Assembly: GCA_002633005.1 (NCBI GenBank)
Contig: NMRA01000276.1
Span: forward strand, 75,414-139,413
Origin: Phoronis australis
Taxonomy: Eukaryota; Animalia; Phoronida
Direction: 5' to 3'
DNA length: 64,000 nucleotides
The translations under genes were made by a program, and so were the position numbers. Shown piece after piece: positions 11,870 to 25,183 of this stretch (its first letter is position 1; every line of letters starts with the position of its first letter). The notes under the pieces are model-generated. The model was given only the letters and a program-made list of their open reading frames with translations, was not told where the DNA came from and ran no database searches.

Positions 11870-14247
11870 GGCAGGTGGTCACAAAACAAAGCACGTCTCG
11901 ACGCTATTAAAATCTCAGGTTGCATTTTCAAAATCCAGCTCGCATTCATAAATGCCAGGTCGCAAAATTTTTCAGCCATTTTAAGCGCCAAATTTGATTT
12001 TTTAGAACATCGAGAAAATGTTTAGATTATACTCTTACCTACTCACAAATTTCAGACCGCCATTGGATGGCTCTAGAGTGCAAAGCAAGTTGCCGACGTG
12101 AAAGTTGAATCAGTGCTCTCTAACTGACATGTGCATTCGAGTAGCTAAGTTTGCGATGTGAAAAGCGAGAAAATACCCGTTGAAAAAGTATCCGGGATTT
12201 TCCTGGGCCTGACCTGCTACTGGCTGTCATCAAAGTTGTTAAAGATTCAAATTAACTTGGAGTGCAAATTTCCTCCACTTTTTGTTCGCAGCCCAAATTT
12301 TGCAACTTAACTCGACGTTTGAAAAACATCAGTGGAAAAAAAACCCGTGAAATGATGCCCTAACCGAATGACCTATTTGGATGCGCGGGAACAATTCAGT
12401 GCAAATTTCACAACAAAAATGTTGTACTTATGCTGTTTACGTACTCAACAATTAGTTTTCCATAAAATGAATATAACCTCGAAATAAGTCCCGACTCCCT
12501 CCGTGCGGGTTTCCATCGGGTAATGGTGAGTTTGCTCCTCAATACCTTCACAGTACGAGAAAAATAGAACAGTCAAAAAATGACACGCATCTCACTAGTG
12601 TTAACAATAAAACTGGAATTTAGTTTTTAAATATTGAGAAAACACGTTTTTTGAAAACTGAATTTGTTGTGTATAATGAGAGTGACTCACCATATAGGCT
12701 GCGTGTCAATTTTAAACCACGCGCGGTCATTTGTAGTGCGCTATGGTGGGCGCTAGCCTGAACTGTGGGCGCTTAATTGGAAATTCTCAAAAGTTGAGGG
12801 GAAACGTTTAGTAGATGGATCAATGAGCGCTTAATATGAAACTCTTCAAAGGTAGGGAGTAGGCTTGTACGTGAGCATAGTCGTTAACCTGAGTATTTGC
12901 GGTAATAAGATATTAAAAGACTGCAATGGTAAGAAACGTTTAATAACTTATAATACGATTTTGCAAGCCAAACTCCATCTTGTAGGGGTGACTTTCTCTA
13001 TATCATTACCACCTACACTGTACCCTTTTTAGCCATCCGGAATAATGATGTTTTCAATTGCCCGCTTCAGCCGGAACAAGATTGTTTCTATTGGAGTCTG
13101 AACATTTTACGGCAATGGTGGTCCGGGGAGCAGAAAGTTGCGGGGCGGGGGGGTGTATGAAGAGAAGAATAAAAGTTCACTAACCACAATTTTGCATCTA
13201 TAGTATCCGTTTAGTTGCAATAGCTGGCTACGGGCATAGCATATAGGGTTTAGGGAAACATGGGGACAGGAAAATATCAGTTCTGGGTTATATTGGTCCC
13301 GTGGAATATCGTAAGGCATCGGGTCTTTTATAACTGCCGGGAATCTATGAGTTCATTTCCAAATAAACCACTGGCACCCGGGTGCTTAACAGAGCCAAGA
13401 CAGTATACTCTTTCATTTAGGATTGTCGCTGTTCTCTTTTGATGTGCAGCTTTGAAGTGGGGCGAGCACGTGAGTTCACGCACATGAATCACTGGAGCAG
13501 GCCTACACTTTACGTTGGCAACAACATGTGAGACTCATATTTCGCATACGTATAGCCCCAGAAACCAGTAAAGGGTTTGAGAATTTCTTGGCAACTAAAA
13601 GTAAAGACGTGGCCGTCGTTTTGGCGATTAATAGGGTTGTTATTTTCACTTTGGCTGTCTTATGCGATAAAAACGAGACGCACATCTCTAAGTCACGATT
13701 GTCTGCCAGGACCGCTTGCGCGCTAACAACGGGACCGATGCAGTGCCGCAGTGCAATATCAGGGATATTGCTGTGGATATTTGGTACATGAAATAAGGAC
13801 ATCTTACGCAAAAAATAAACATACTCGTCCACCACAAAATTTAGTAAGTTGATCGTTTAAGAATTAGTAGAAACACCGCTGTTTTGTGACGTTTTATCAC
13901 GTGTTATGCAGTTGCCCGAAACTTTCTTCGGCGAATCCGGAAATTTGCAAAAGTGGCCGAAAATGTTAGCCAATGAAACGCGTCAAAGATTCTGCATATC
14001 CCATGTTCACGCGACTTGCTTACAAGTCATTGGGAGGGCTGTTCTCAGTTAGTGTTCTTTTGAACTTGGATTTGGCAACAACCAAATTGGTTGGATTGAT
14101 GCTTTATATTTGCCAGGTATCTGCCGAGAAGTGTAAAAACTCAACTCGCATTCGCTGGAAATTCCAGGTCGCATTTTGCGACTTGATATGAGCTGACAAA
14201 AATCTAAGCTCGCATTTGCGATCTGCAGCTTGTTATGACGAGCCCTG
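11870..14247. mobile_element. Degenerate hAT-like non-autonomous element (boundaries approximate)
   Basis: Right end ...gacgagccctg. Subterminal ctcgcatt...ccaggtcgca blocks at about 11940 and 14145. The internal segment 13660-13870 is shared with another element. Confidence 0.35.
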
Positions 14248-15700
14248 CAAAGAATGGCCACTAGGGGGCCCAATGTACAGGACTAAAGCTGTTGTCAAGG
14301 AGACAGTGACCTGTTTCCCAAATTTCATCATAGAACTTGACAATTATCAATTAAGTAAATCTAAAAAATTGCCACTAAGTGACTCCGAAGTTGTTGGGTT
14401 TGTTACAAAATTCATAAAATTTTGTACTCTTCTCAATAAAAACATACAGTTACGCCAAATTTCATGAAGATCCAGCAGGAACATCTATGCCAATTTAAAC
14501 CACGATCCTTAAAGTAATGTGGTCGACAGAGGCAGACACCAAAAACCAAAACTATAAAACAATTAAAATAATTTAGCCAATAGGTGGCATAAAATACCTC
14601 GAATAAATCCAAAAATGGAATGGTGTTATCATCTCTTTTTAGTAGAAACCTATTAGGGTTTGCACGAAAACCCTTCAAGGAACTCCAATGATACGGAGGA
14701 AATGGTAACAAAATAAAATAGCAACTAGGGGGCACAACGATAATCAGATACATCATTTGACAGAGATCCTCCAAAAGGTTTATGTGATATAGCTGTGGAC
14801 AAGAAACAAACTGCCACTAGGGGGTCTTATATAGTCAAAGCCATCTGAAAACTATCATCAGCTGTTCTTATCCTGGCAGGAAAACATCTGCCAAATTTCA
14901 TACTCATCCTTGCAACAGTTTGTTGGATAGAGATACAGATGCCAAATACCAGCTTCCAAAATAGCAAAAATGGCCACTGGGTGTTGTAAAATACGTCAAA
15001 TCCACATAGAAATGGGTGGGCGATTTTTTAATAGAAATTTGTTTGCCAAACTTCAAGAAAATCTGTCAATATTACGGCAGAGCAAAAAAAAACATTGCCA
15101 CCAGAGGGCACAGTGGTAGTCGGATCCTTCAGAAAGTCATCATCAATACATTACATACCAAATTATATTTTTTTGCAAGGGTACATACCAAATTATAGTT
15201 CTTGCAAGGGTACGTGAGATACAGCTGCAGATACAAAAGAAAAAACCTGTCACTGGGAGGCACCACTATAGTCAGAGCTATCAAAGAATCATCATCTGAC
15301 CTCTTCCCAGTACGAAAACATCATCCTTGGAGTGGTTTTGCTTTGACTGTTAGAGAGGGGATGGCAAAAACCCATAAAAACAGTAAAAGTGGCCACTTGG
15401 TGACACAAAATATGTTGAATACATCCGAAAAGGAAAAGGACTCACTGCCTCCTTAATAGACATTTATTTGCCAAACTTCACGAAAATCTATCCAGGAATT
15501 CCCAAGATACAAAAGCAAAATTTGAAAAAGTAACTTGCCACAAGGGGGCACACGAGTAATTGGATCCGCTCATGACATCCCATTCATGATAAGAACATGT
15601 CTGCAAAATTTCACGAACATTCATCAAGAGGTTTTGAGGATACAGCTGTAGATGACGCTAGTAGTAGGCAGAGGCAGACGACGGCATAATGCATCCACAT
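14248..15700 (+). mobile_element. DINE-1/HINE-like (Helentron-associated) element with ~145-bp core repeats
   Basis: Repeating cores with ccactagggggc and ccaaatttcat. Ends with a degenerate gacg/gcag microsatellite and gcataa. Homologous to 27670-32385 and 54722-56340. Confidence 0.65.
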
Positions 15701-15744
15701 AATATTATGTGGATGAGTTAAATATAGAACAAGTGGCCACTTAC

Positions 15745-15883
15745 TTGAGTGCAAATCGACACCAACCAAATGGCAGCGCGTAATCTTTGGGAGGTTTGCC
15801 ACTACGACTGTAAGGTTCGTCAGAGCGTATCTTGTGGCAGGTATCGCAGTAACATCGCACCTGGTCATCTATGAAATAAGCAC
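15745..15883 (-). CDS. NEURL4: NEURL4 exon (Cys/His segment preceding the ART-like domain)
   Basis: gtttag|GT GCT TAT...CTC AA|gtaag; AYFIDDQVRCYCDTCHKIRSDEPYSRSGKPPKDYALPFGWCRFAL. Confidence 0.93.
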
Positions 15884-16999
15884 CTAAACAGGTACAGAAA
15901 AGGAACCATTACATTATATGATATTACTATATATAAAATTATAATTATATGATATCAGGCATGCCCTGTCTAAGTGTTAGACATTATACCCAAACAATGG
16001 TCTGAAGTTTAAGATCAACTTTGAAAGTTGATTTTAAACTACAGACTATTCTTTTTGTCACAGAACTATCAACAAGGTCCTGTAAAACCTCAATATGGAA
16101 CCCTGAGTCAAAAACACCAAGGAGGTTTCAGGCCTGTTGCATCAGACTGTGGGTTATGCATTCTTGTACAGGCTACCCCTAGGACCACAAGAAGCAGCAA
16201 CACACTACCAAATCTGATTCAAATGACTTGTCGCTTTTCAAAATTGATGGAGGATTTTCTTAATTGCTCCACACTGAGTGCCACAGGGTTATGGTGTCTT
16301 TGGTGTATTTGTAATTTCACCATAAATTTTCGTTGTGCGGGACTCGTCGATTCTTTTCTTAGATAAAACGCGAAACAAAAATAAGTGCAAGACAATATGT
16401 GAGAAACAACCGAGTTATGGCTGTATCAGGTACAAATTACGTAGCGAGTGATACCGATTCTCATCAAGTTCAAGCCTTATAGAGTTAGTAAGCATACATC
16501 GCGCATAACAGCATGAAACTTGCATCAATCCGAGATTTAGCATTTCTAACTCATTTTCGTTGTCCTGAATTCCCAGGACAAAAATACAATATTGATGACA
16601 TTGTCAGAAATCCAGAGACTATTGAAAAAAATCAGTAATTTGTGAGCCATCTAAAACTCATCTTGGAAATATCAATTCTTGTCCCAATAATGCGGGCCGT
16701 CTGAAAATCGTGCAACTTTATTGTAATGACATGTTTGACAAGAATTGTAAACAATCGGATCTTTTTGTCTTGAACTCTGAGTTCCAAACAAAATTCTAAG
16801 AAATCATCAAGAAACATGCTGCAAATCAACATTTCCTTAACTTGTATAATGAAGCAAAAGCAGCTCACAGTCGAGAGGAAACAAATAATAACAGAGAAAA
16901 AATCTCAAATACCAACTTGTAAGAAACAGTTGTGTACTCACCAGCAGATGACAGTTTTGGGTTTCAAGACATAGCTCAAAAAACACCCAGTCAACGACT

Positions 17000-17380
17000 C
17001 CCTTATTATGTAACCTAGGTTTAGTTGTACTATTTAGTCCCTTACTATGTAACCTACATTAAGTTGAATTTACTTCCTTACTACATAATCTAAGTTTAGT
17101 TGTTTTTAGTACCTAACTGTGTAATCTAGATTTAAGTGCATTTAGTCTGTTACTATGTAATCTATGTTGTATTCAGTCCCTTATTTCATAACCTATGTTT
17201 AGTTGTATTTAGCCCCTTACTAAGTAATCTAGGTCAAGTTGTATTTACAAGCCACTTACTACATAATCTAGGTTTAGTAGTATTTAATTCTGGAGAGTAA
17301 TTAGTATTTAACTAGTATTTAATTGTAATCTAGGTTTAGTTGTATTTAGTCTCTTACTAGATGTAATCACAGCTTAGTTG
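17000..17380. repeat. Degenerate minisatellite (~37 bp)
   Basis: Variants of gtaatctaggtttagttgtatttagtcccttactat. Confidence 0.7.
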
Positions 17381-17534
17381 CAGTGCATTACAATGTGCTC
17401 AGGGTTTAAATGTATTTTCTGCCTTACACTGTCCACAGCGTTCTTAGGATGTGTTTACTCAGTCCCCTTGCAGTTCTTCTCCTGGCATGGAGATTGTATG
17501 GAAATTTGCCTTGATGTCACTCAATCCCTAATTT

Positions 17535-17846
17535 ACAGTTATCTTTCCTGGTAATCCAGCGAGACTCCTGAACCGAAACACAATATTCATTGTATTCCTA
17601 GCTATCCTACCTGGTAATCCAACTAGACTTCTGAACCATGAACACATGTTCATGTATTCATAGATATCCTACCTGGTAATCCAACTAGACTTCTGAACCG
17701 TGAACACGTGTTCATTGTATTCCTAGCTATCCTACCTGGTAATCCAACTAGACTTCTGAAACGTGAACACATGTTCATGTATTCCTAGCTATCCTACCTG
17801 GTAATCCAACTAGACTTCTGAACCGTGAACACATGTTCATGTATTC
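17535..17846. repeat. 62-bp tandem repeat x5 containing the exon 3' end and splice donor
   Basis: Minus-strand unit GAATACATGAACATGTGTTCACGGTTCAGAAGTCTAGTTGGATTACCAG|gtaggatagctag. Confidence 0.9.
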
Positions 17847-17914
17847 ACAGTTCTTTACTGTCGGCTGCTCAGCATGGCAATGATTGCTGGAAGACAGTTT
17901 TAATTCTTTGATGC
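17798..17914 (-). CDS. NEURL4: NEURL4 exon
   Basis: ttacag|GC ATC...CCA G|gtagg; IKELKLSSSNHCHAEQPTVKNCEYMNMCSRFRSLVGLP (cf. the NEURL4 CEYxxxCSRF motif). Confidence 0.9.
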
Positions 17915-18272
17915 CTGTAAAACATCAAAATTAAAACATGAACAAAAACAGGCAACTTATAATTCACGACAAATTGATTTTGGCAACGTAATAGCAATTA
18001 ATTTCCTAAACTTCAGCAATGAGCAAACTTTTGAAGCATGGCAAAAATCCTGATGAAAGTGACCCAAAAATGAATAGAAAAACATTCACCAGGTAATCTG
18101 TGGAAATCATTTTTAATTAATACAACTGCGCATTACAAATTTGCAAGCATAAAATGAAAAAACAACAGAATATTGATGTGTTTGAAACTGGCAAAATTCG
18201 CAAATTAAAAGCAGAAATTATGATGTACATACCGTAAACATTTTTTTTAACGTTTAAAGTTGCTATGAACTG

Positions 18273-18468
18273 AACTGTGAATCAGTTAAGAGCACAAGTC
18301 ATACACTGTAAACTTGCTTCAACTGTGAATCAGTTAAGAGCACAAGTCATACACTGTAAACTTGCTTCAACTGTGAATCAGTTAAGAGCACAAGTCATAC
18401 ACTGTAAACTTGCTTCAACTGTGAATCAGTTAAGAGCACAAGTCATACACTGTAAACTTGCTTCAACT
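18273..18468. repeat. Perfect 48-bp minisatellite x4
   Basis: aactgtgaatcagttaagagcacaagtcatacactgtaaacttgcttc. Confidence 0.95.
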
Positions 18469-18651
18469 CGTAATCCTCGCTAACATAAAAAGTAACTTAA
18501 TAATGAACATGGACAAAACTGTTCTTCCTAAATCTGAAACCTCCTTTAACATAAGCAATGAAGACATTGAGTTCAGTCTAATAATGGTAAGGGGTCTATA
18601 TCATGTCACAATGAGCAGCATAAATATATAGCAGAAGAAAGAAGACAAAAG

Positions 18652-19183
18652 CAGTGTTCCCCACCTTTCCGCCAGCAAAACCTCACCGCCATGCAAAATT
18701 GCTAGTAAAATAATCGCTAGTAAAAATGAATACACACAAGCCACATGAAACCGTAAGCTTCATTCATTTTATTGCATCAACAGAAGTTTCATTATTCAAT
18801 CAGTTTTTTAAGCCTAAAAAGTTCAGTCTTTTTGTTCAAAGTACGTCATGTCATGAATGATGCTTGGGTCAAGATCCTGTCTAGGATAAATAAACTAACT
18901 TGTAAAATGCACCACACTGCACCAAAGTACATCTAGATTTTACAAAATTTTGCCTGGGGAAGGCCTTTGACCAACTCCCCCCCCCCCTTGGGAGGATCTC
19001 ACGTCCCATACTTGTATGCAGCACAGGGTTCTGAATCCACTGAGACCATTCACCACCATGCTCCTTTTGAAACTCAGGCAATAGGGGGATCCCACTTCCC
19101 ATACTCGCGTGTGGCAACAGGCTTTGCATCCCGTTTTGTCCATTCACCATCACACTCCTTTTGAAACCCAAAGGGAAACAATG
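18652..19183. mobile_element. hAT-like non-autonomous element (short relative of 28463-29661)
   Basis: Ends cagtgttcccc / gggaaacaatg. Shares the gctagtaaaa repeats and ccattcaccacc...gaaacccagg blocks. Confidence 0.55.
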
Positions 19184-19207
19184 CAAAAGAAAGAGATGTT
19201 ATCATAC

Positions 19208-19466
19208 CATCTTCCATGGAGGCCTTCTCAGTGGAGTCCATAAGGGCTGGCTCCACAGTCTCCACTCTCTCTCCAACCATCGTCACCTGTTCACACTGCC
19301 CATACAGATCCAGCAAAGCATAGCAGGTGGCAGGGATGTCTCTGGCAGCCACTCCTTGATCCACACCATTTATATAGAGATGTAGAGTGTTCTCACTGTC
19401 CACAGTTACACCCACATAGTGACCAACTTTTAGACTGTCCAGGTTAGGCCCATAACCTTGTTTAAC
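19208..19466 (-). CDS. NEURL4: NEURL4 exon (NHR6 C-half)
   Basis: atgcag|GTT AAA...GAT G|gtatg; VKQGYGPNLDSLKVGHYVGV...[31 protein letters not shown]. Confidence 0.93.
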
Positions 19467-19559
19467 CTGCATACAGGATGATGCACTTTCAGAACCTTTC
19501 TGTTACCATCGTTTCATTGCATAACTTTCAACGACAAATGAATCAGAATGTCCAATCAA

Positions 19560-20053
19560 CAGGACTTGGAATGACCAATGACAAAAAACGCGGAAACTTT
19601 TACGGCCCAAATTATGCGCGCTACCCGGCCTTGAAACCATGTGAACCTTTCCCCGACTTTTTATCGGGAGGACTAAAAAAAAAACGTTACCACCATCAGT
19701 AGCATGCGTCTGCGTCCTTTTAGTTCGTCCGTCCACTCCCAACCCACACATTTTAGCTGCAGAGCCGTAGTATTTGTCGCCACGGTTTACAATAACACGA
19801 GACGCCATTGAAAATCCCACCACGCTATCCCAGATGCCCCGGCAATGTTGACAATTTACGTTCCTCCAAAACATAAAGAGCAACTTCCGCTTTTCGAGGT
19901 GAACGTCGTCTGCAACGCCGCGGTAAGAAAGGACTTTGCCGCGGAAATTTTATAGCAAATCCGATTTTTTTACGCGGAAATATAATAAAATACGCGGACA
20001 GAACATTCGAAAAAAGCGGAAATCCGCGTTTCCGCGGAAAATTCCAAGCCCTG
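19560..20053. mobile_element. hAT-like MITE
   Basis: TIR caggacttggaat / attccaagccctg; gcggaa subterminal repeats; aatcaa directly flanks both ends. Confidence 0.6.
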
Positions 20054-20575
20054 AATCAAAACAACTGTTCATGGTGATGTGACAACTAAGTTAAGTATAA
20101 TGACATTGTATTCTTGTTTAGAAAATCAAATTCGGACGAGGAAAATTAAAATAAATGCAGGCGTCCGCTTTAACAGGGATCATGGTTCTTCATTGACCTT
20201 TCAGACAGAATTATGATAAACCATTCTATGAAATGATGTATTTTTCATAACCTTGTTAATAATTACAAAAGTTCACGGTTTGAGAAAACCTATTAGATAA
20301 TAGTTGAAATGTTGCCACGTGTTGGTGGTGTGACCATAGGTTGTGATGCGGTGTCTAGTGAGCTAAGCAGTTGTACCTGCATCTAGCTCCACTTTCAGAA
20401 GCCACTGCTGACCAGCCTCGTTTGTCAGTACAAGGTTTCGCCCCATCACAAGACTCGTACAGTGCCTCCACGTGGCAACACACAGACTGGTTTGTACAAA
20501 TAGTTGAGGTGCTGAACTCCCCAGTAAAAGCACCTTTCAATGATTGAATTTAGAGGGCAAACAAAAACGACCTAC

Positions 20576-20734
20576 TTTGACTCCAGATTGAAAGACGGCA
20601 TCAGACTTGATAACCCAGCAGGGCTTCTTAATTGCTGTAGCTGAGTTTGGGAACAAATACTTTTCAGCTGAGACTCCCAACACACCGACCATGAGAGACG
20701 ACATCCAGTTGGGGTTGAGACGGTCTATTTTCAC
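20576..20734 (-). CDS. NEURL4: NEURL4 exon (NHR6)
   Basis: gatcag|GTG AAA...GTC AAA|gtagg; VKIDRLNPNWMSSLMVGVLG...VFQSGVK. Confidence 0.9.
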
Positions 20735-21559
20735 CTGATCATGTATAAGAAAAGTAAGCAAATAAGCATGGAGGATCATGAGTATCACACTGGCCATAAA
20801 ACAATGTTCAACAGGCACACTTTGCAAGTCTTGAGATCCATGTCTCATAATAAGCAATTCATAAGTAAATTAACAATGAATGTAAACACAATTCTCACAT
20901 GATCTGGAATAAGTTACGGCATGAATGGTTAATAACACTGAGTACGTAATTTTTCTGATATCTCATGGGCGAATCACACAGTAGTGCAAAGTAGAATTCC
21001 GTCAGCCTTACATTCTATCGTATACAAAGCACTAATACCAACAACCAAACGTGTGCCAACCAAACGCGTGCCAAACAAACAATGCTGGAATTCCGTGGAG
21101 GTGACAAGGTTATGATTGACAAATCGGGTGTCCCAACTGTACACACTCCCAGTCGAAAGAACATGCAAACAAGTTCTTTAATAGACCCATCTTCGGCGGC
21201 AAATTCCATATCCACGTTCATTCAAATGGAGATGAACCCCAACTTAAGAAACGCAGTGAGACTGTCTACCTGTGGCGTCTCAAGGTCAATTCAGTGCTCA
21301 TGCGCAGGGAAGCACTGCTGATTGTTATTCATCAACATTTGTTAGGTTTCAATATTACAACTTCAAAAACTATTCATCCGATTCCAACTTGAACATTTGT
21401 TACGACAGCTGAATGCAATTTACAATAGTAAGTTTTATATAAAAATTATTAGCAAAAAGTAACTGAGTTTGTTTTACAGTTCACAAAGGTTTTTACAAAA
21501 GTTGGGTCATGTGGTTAAAAGTTTTAGACGCACTGAGTTTTTTATGGTTCATGTGAAAA

Positions 21560-21699
21560 AATCCTACACACGTCTCAGGTTTATGGCTTGGGCAAAACCT
21601 CTTGGAAATTTCGTCAAAATCCCTCGGCAAGTGTCAGGATTTTGACAATAATTTCCAGGAGTTTTGCCCATGTCATCAACCTGAAACTCGTGCAGGATT
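21560..21699. repeat. Imperfect ~140-bp palindrome/hairpin
   Basis: aatcct.cac...tcaggtt.atg.c.tgggcaaaac.tc.tggaaatt is mirrored by aatttccaggagttttgcccatgtcatcaacctgaaactcgtgcaggatt; inner tcaaaatcc/ggattttga. Confidence 0.7.
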
Positions 21700-22272
21700 C
21701 TCTATATTTCCACTGTCTAACCACACTACTTTCCAGTGATCTGTAAGATATAATAAAACGCTAATTTACCTAACATAATTTATTATTAAATTACTAGATA
21801 AAAATCACAGTATTAATGCATCAAATTATCTTCAAGATTTGATGTGTTTAACAGAAAGTTCCATTTCAGCCTTAACTGAAAGTCTCTCCAGTTCACAGCA
21901 GCCAGATCTTGCTTTAGGTGCAAGGTAGACAATAATAGTTCCAAACTTGTGGTAGTCAGGAAAATCAAAGAAGTCAATCATAGGAGCGTCATATTCAACT
22001 CACCAAACATAATGACACAATATACTACAATAGTCCAGTACTATGCTTGAGATATCCTCAGGGACAATCCAACTGTGGTCACCCAACAGTTATGACTATA
22101 TACACACATGACTGGTCTCTAACCCAAGGAACATGGTGCAAAAGGAGACAGAGAGTGTCCTGTAGATTAGGCACAAAGACATCAATAACATTAATAAGTG
22201 AGGCACTGAATTATCATGGTGCCACCATGAATGACCAAAGGTGCACACAGGTGAGCAGTGTACCAGTCATAC

Positions 22273-22437
22273 CTGGAATAACTTATTCCTTTCAAGAGGT
22301 TTGTGAGACACAACAATGCCCTGGTTGTAGCTAGCACTTCTAGTTGCCGTCAAGTTACTGTTACTCAGTCTCACATTCTTGCCATGGTTCTTGTGCAGTT
22401 CACCAACGTTGCCTTTGGCTGTGTCTTGATCATGCTC
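22273..22437 (-). CDS. NEURL4: NEURL4 exon (NHR6 start)
   Basis: ttacag|GAG CAT...TTC CAG|gtatg; ...[40 protein letters not shown]. Confidence 0.92.
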
Positions 22438-22451
22438 CTGTAACAAGAATA

Positions 22452-22770
22452 ACACACAGTACAGTACTGCACACGTTATACTACACACAGTACAGTTATA
22501 CTGCACTCATTACAGTTATACTGCGCACAGTATACCTATGCTCCACAGAGCACAGTTACATTGCACACAGTACAGTTAGACTACACACAGTACAGTTAGA
22601 CTGCACACAGTGCATTTGCTGTATAAAGTACAGTTAAACTGCATACAATTCAATTAGGTTGCACACAGCACAGTCAGACCACACATACCATTTAAACTGA
22701 GCACAGTACAGTGATTGTATGCACCAGTTAAACTTCATACCATACAGTAAGGCTGCATACAGTACAGTTT
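22452..22770. repeat. Degenerate ~20-bp minisatellite abutting a splice acceptor
   Basis: Variants of cacacagtacagttagactg. Confidence 0.7.
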
Positions 22771-22965
22771 CAGCAATTCATTGACTGCAAAAGCAAATGT
22801 GCAGATCGCCAGTGATTACAGCTCCACCCAAGACTACGCAAAGTTAAATGAAAATGCCTGCTAATTCACTTGTTTTTTGCTAAGCAGATATTTCCTGTAC
22901 TAAAAACCCAGTGGGATGAATTATCAGAAGTGATTCATCAAACAACCACAGTATTTTTTAATATT

Positions 22966-24315
22966 CAGGGCTCAACATTAACTTTTTAAGTAGTTGAAAT
23001 TTTTACTTGACCATACAACAAAATAAATGCACTTGCCCCAAGTACAATTCCAAATAGCACCGTGCATGTGCACACCTAGGTAATGTGTTACTGTAGGGCT
23101 GCCTGTGCTGAGCCTCCTCTTATGTTGTGCATGCTATATACATGAGTTGCTATTTTTTAATGATTCTTCTTATAGAACATTTATTTATAAGGTGTGTCAA
23201 AACACTATAGACATTAATTAGAAGAGTAACTATGGTATCTGAACCATTTTCTCACGTTCACAGGTGCCGAAATGAGCTAGACACTTCTGTGTATTCATTA
23301 AAAGTTTATACGCCCTCATGCATTAAACTTGAGTTGTTGCTTAACCTGAATTTGAATTTTTGCTATCCGTAAAAATCTTGCACAGTTTTGGTCTTCGGTA
23401 CCTTGTATTAAATTAAAATCAAATTTTAACAAATGATAATGCCACATATACTTTTGCCAATAAATGATTACATTATTTTTTGAAAAATAGATAATGAGAT
23501 AGACCGCGAAAAAGTCACCCTTCAGAGCGACAATCCTGAAGACCGTATTGCTCAGTTCTTTCGGGAGTCACCACCGGGAGCCGGGAATTCATAAGAATTT
23601 CCTTTGGAATTCCCCGAGTAAACACCAGGCCTTTAAAACTGCTGTGTAGTGTAGAAAATATGTGGTCAATCATTCACTTTTTAGCTTTTGTGCTTATCTG
23701 TATGACTTACATCCGCCAACAAACGCGGTACTTCCAGCTGTACATGGGTAAACGCTGGCAAAAATCACACGTCATCCCTTGTTCACAGTCTCACAGGCCA
23801 GGAAACCTAATTTCCCATGACGGAACCCATCCCCGCACTCTTTTCGTTTCATATTGTTGCTTTGATTCTTCCTGAACTCGTTTTTTAGCAACTAAACCAA
23901 TGCCGTCCAGGCCTGGACGACTTCCTTGTTTGGACGTTTTGCCAGAGTGTAGACAATCAGTAGTATCACATGACAACTTATTCAGAAACTGCAGGGCACG
24001 TTCAGAGAATCAAAAGGATTTGACCGAGGGCGTCATCTGTGCACGCTGCATCACACTCGTTCTATTTTCCTTTCGGTGCTCATTCGAAGACGGGAGTTTC
24101 TTTTTGACGGCCACAGGGGCATTTTCGACGGTTTTTAGGCTTGTGTCGGGTTTCGTTACTTTGGAGCAAATGTCGAGCAGACAATCTTAGGATCTACTGC
24201 CTATGCAGCCAGCTCTTAAACTTTCTCATCGGGCAAGTACTTTTCAAATTCCACTTGCCGGACGCAAAATCTACATGTACACGGGCAATCGGGCAACCGT
24301 TAGTGTTGAGCTCTG
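22966..24315. mobile_element. hAT-like non-autonomous DNA transposon
   Basis: TIR cagggctcaacattaac / gttagtgttgagctctg; subterminal acttgccc/gggcaagt motifs; TSD not recognisable. Confidence 0.6.
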
Positions 24316-24607
24316 ACATTAAATCGTCAGAATACTGCCAGCTCACTATCCAATGAAACTGAAGACATTTCGACCTGCCAATGAATCCGAGTATGCTTTT
24401 TAAGATTAACAGACAAACATTTTACAATTAATTTTTCAAACTAAAATCAGTGTGTTTGAAAGAGCATGGAGAAATATATCTGTTTTTAGAAACATCTGAA
24501 TTGCTTTTTCACCACACTAGTAACATTAAAGTGGATAAAAATTGTCAATATGATTCAGAAATGAAATGTTGGGGTGTTAATCAAGTGTAGTACTGCTGAT
24601 CTAGCTT

Positions 24608-24865
24608 GTGTCACGCCCAGACATGTGACAGAGTGTCACGCCCTGATATGTGACAGAGTGTCACGCTCAGACATGTGACAGAGTGTCACGCCCTGACATG
24701 TGACAGAGTGTCACGCCCAGACATGTGCCAGAGTGTCACGCCCAGACATGTGTTAGAGTGTCATGCCCAGACATGTGCCAAAGTGTCACGCCCAGACATG
24801 TGCCAGAGACTGAGCAATTTTTATGACAGGGCAAGACATGTGCCAGAGACTAAGCAATTTTTATG
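24608..24865. repeat. 25-bp minisatellite (~8 copies)
   Basis: gtgtcacgcccagacatgtgacaga. Confidence 0.9.
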
Positions 24866-25183
24866 AGAGATTGAGCTATTTTTACCATATACGGTGGTCA
24901 GGGTCGAAAGAGAAACGACAAAAACTCTTCAGTTTGTGATGCAATATGGCAAACAAATGAAATTTCATTCTGTCGAATTTCTCCACAAAAATAACTGATC
25001 AGTTTCTTTTAACATGGGTTGCATTGCACAGATATTACCAAAATAACATTTGGTACAAATTTAAGCATTTGCAGGAATTTGGATAGCCTCTGAAAAATAA
25101 AATTAATGGCAATTTTAGCAATATCGTCCCAAAATGAATAGTGAAGACTATCAAGCTGACTTAGAGAGAATGTTTGAACTTAC

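Noticed and set aside
16936-16990. Strong-looking minus-strand donor CTG|gtgagt
   Set aside because: No convincing acceptor, and the NEURL4 frame is already complete between exons 17798 and 15883.
18277-18483. Repetitive ORF (VNQLRAQVIHCKLAST)n, and similar ORFs at 53433-53870, 60150-60584 and 61306-61488
   Set aside because: By-products of minisatellites or MITE-internal repeats; no splice or homology support.
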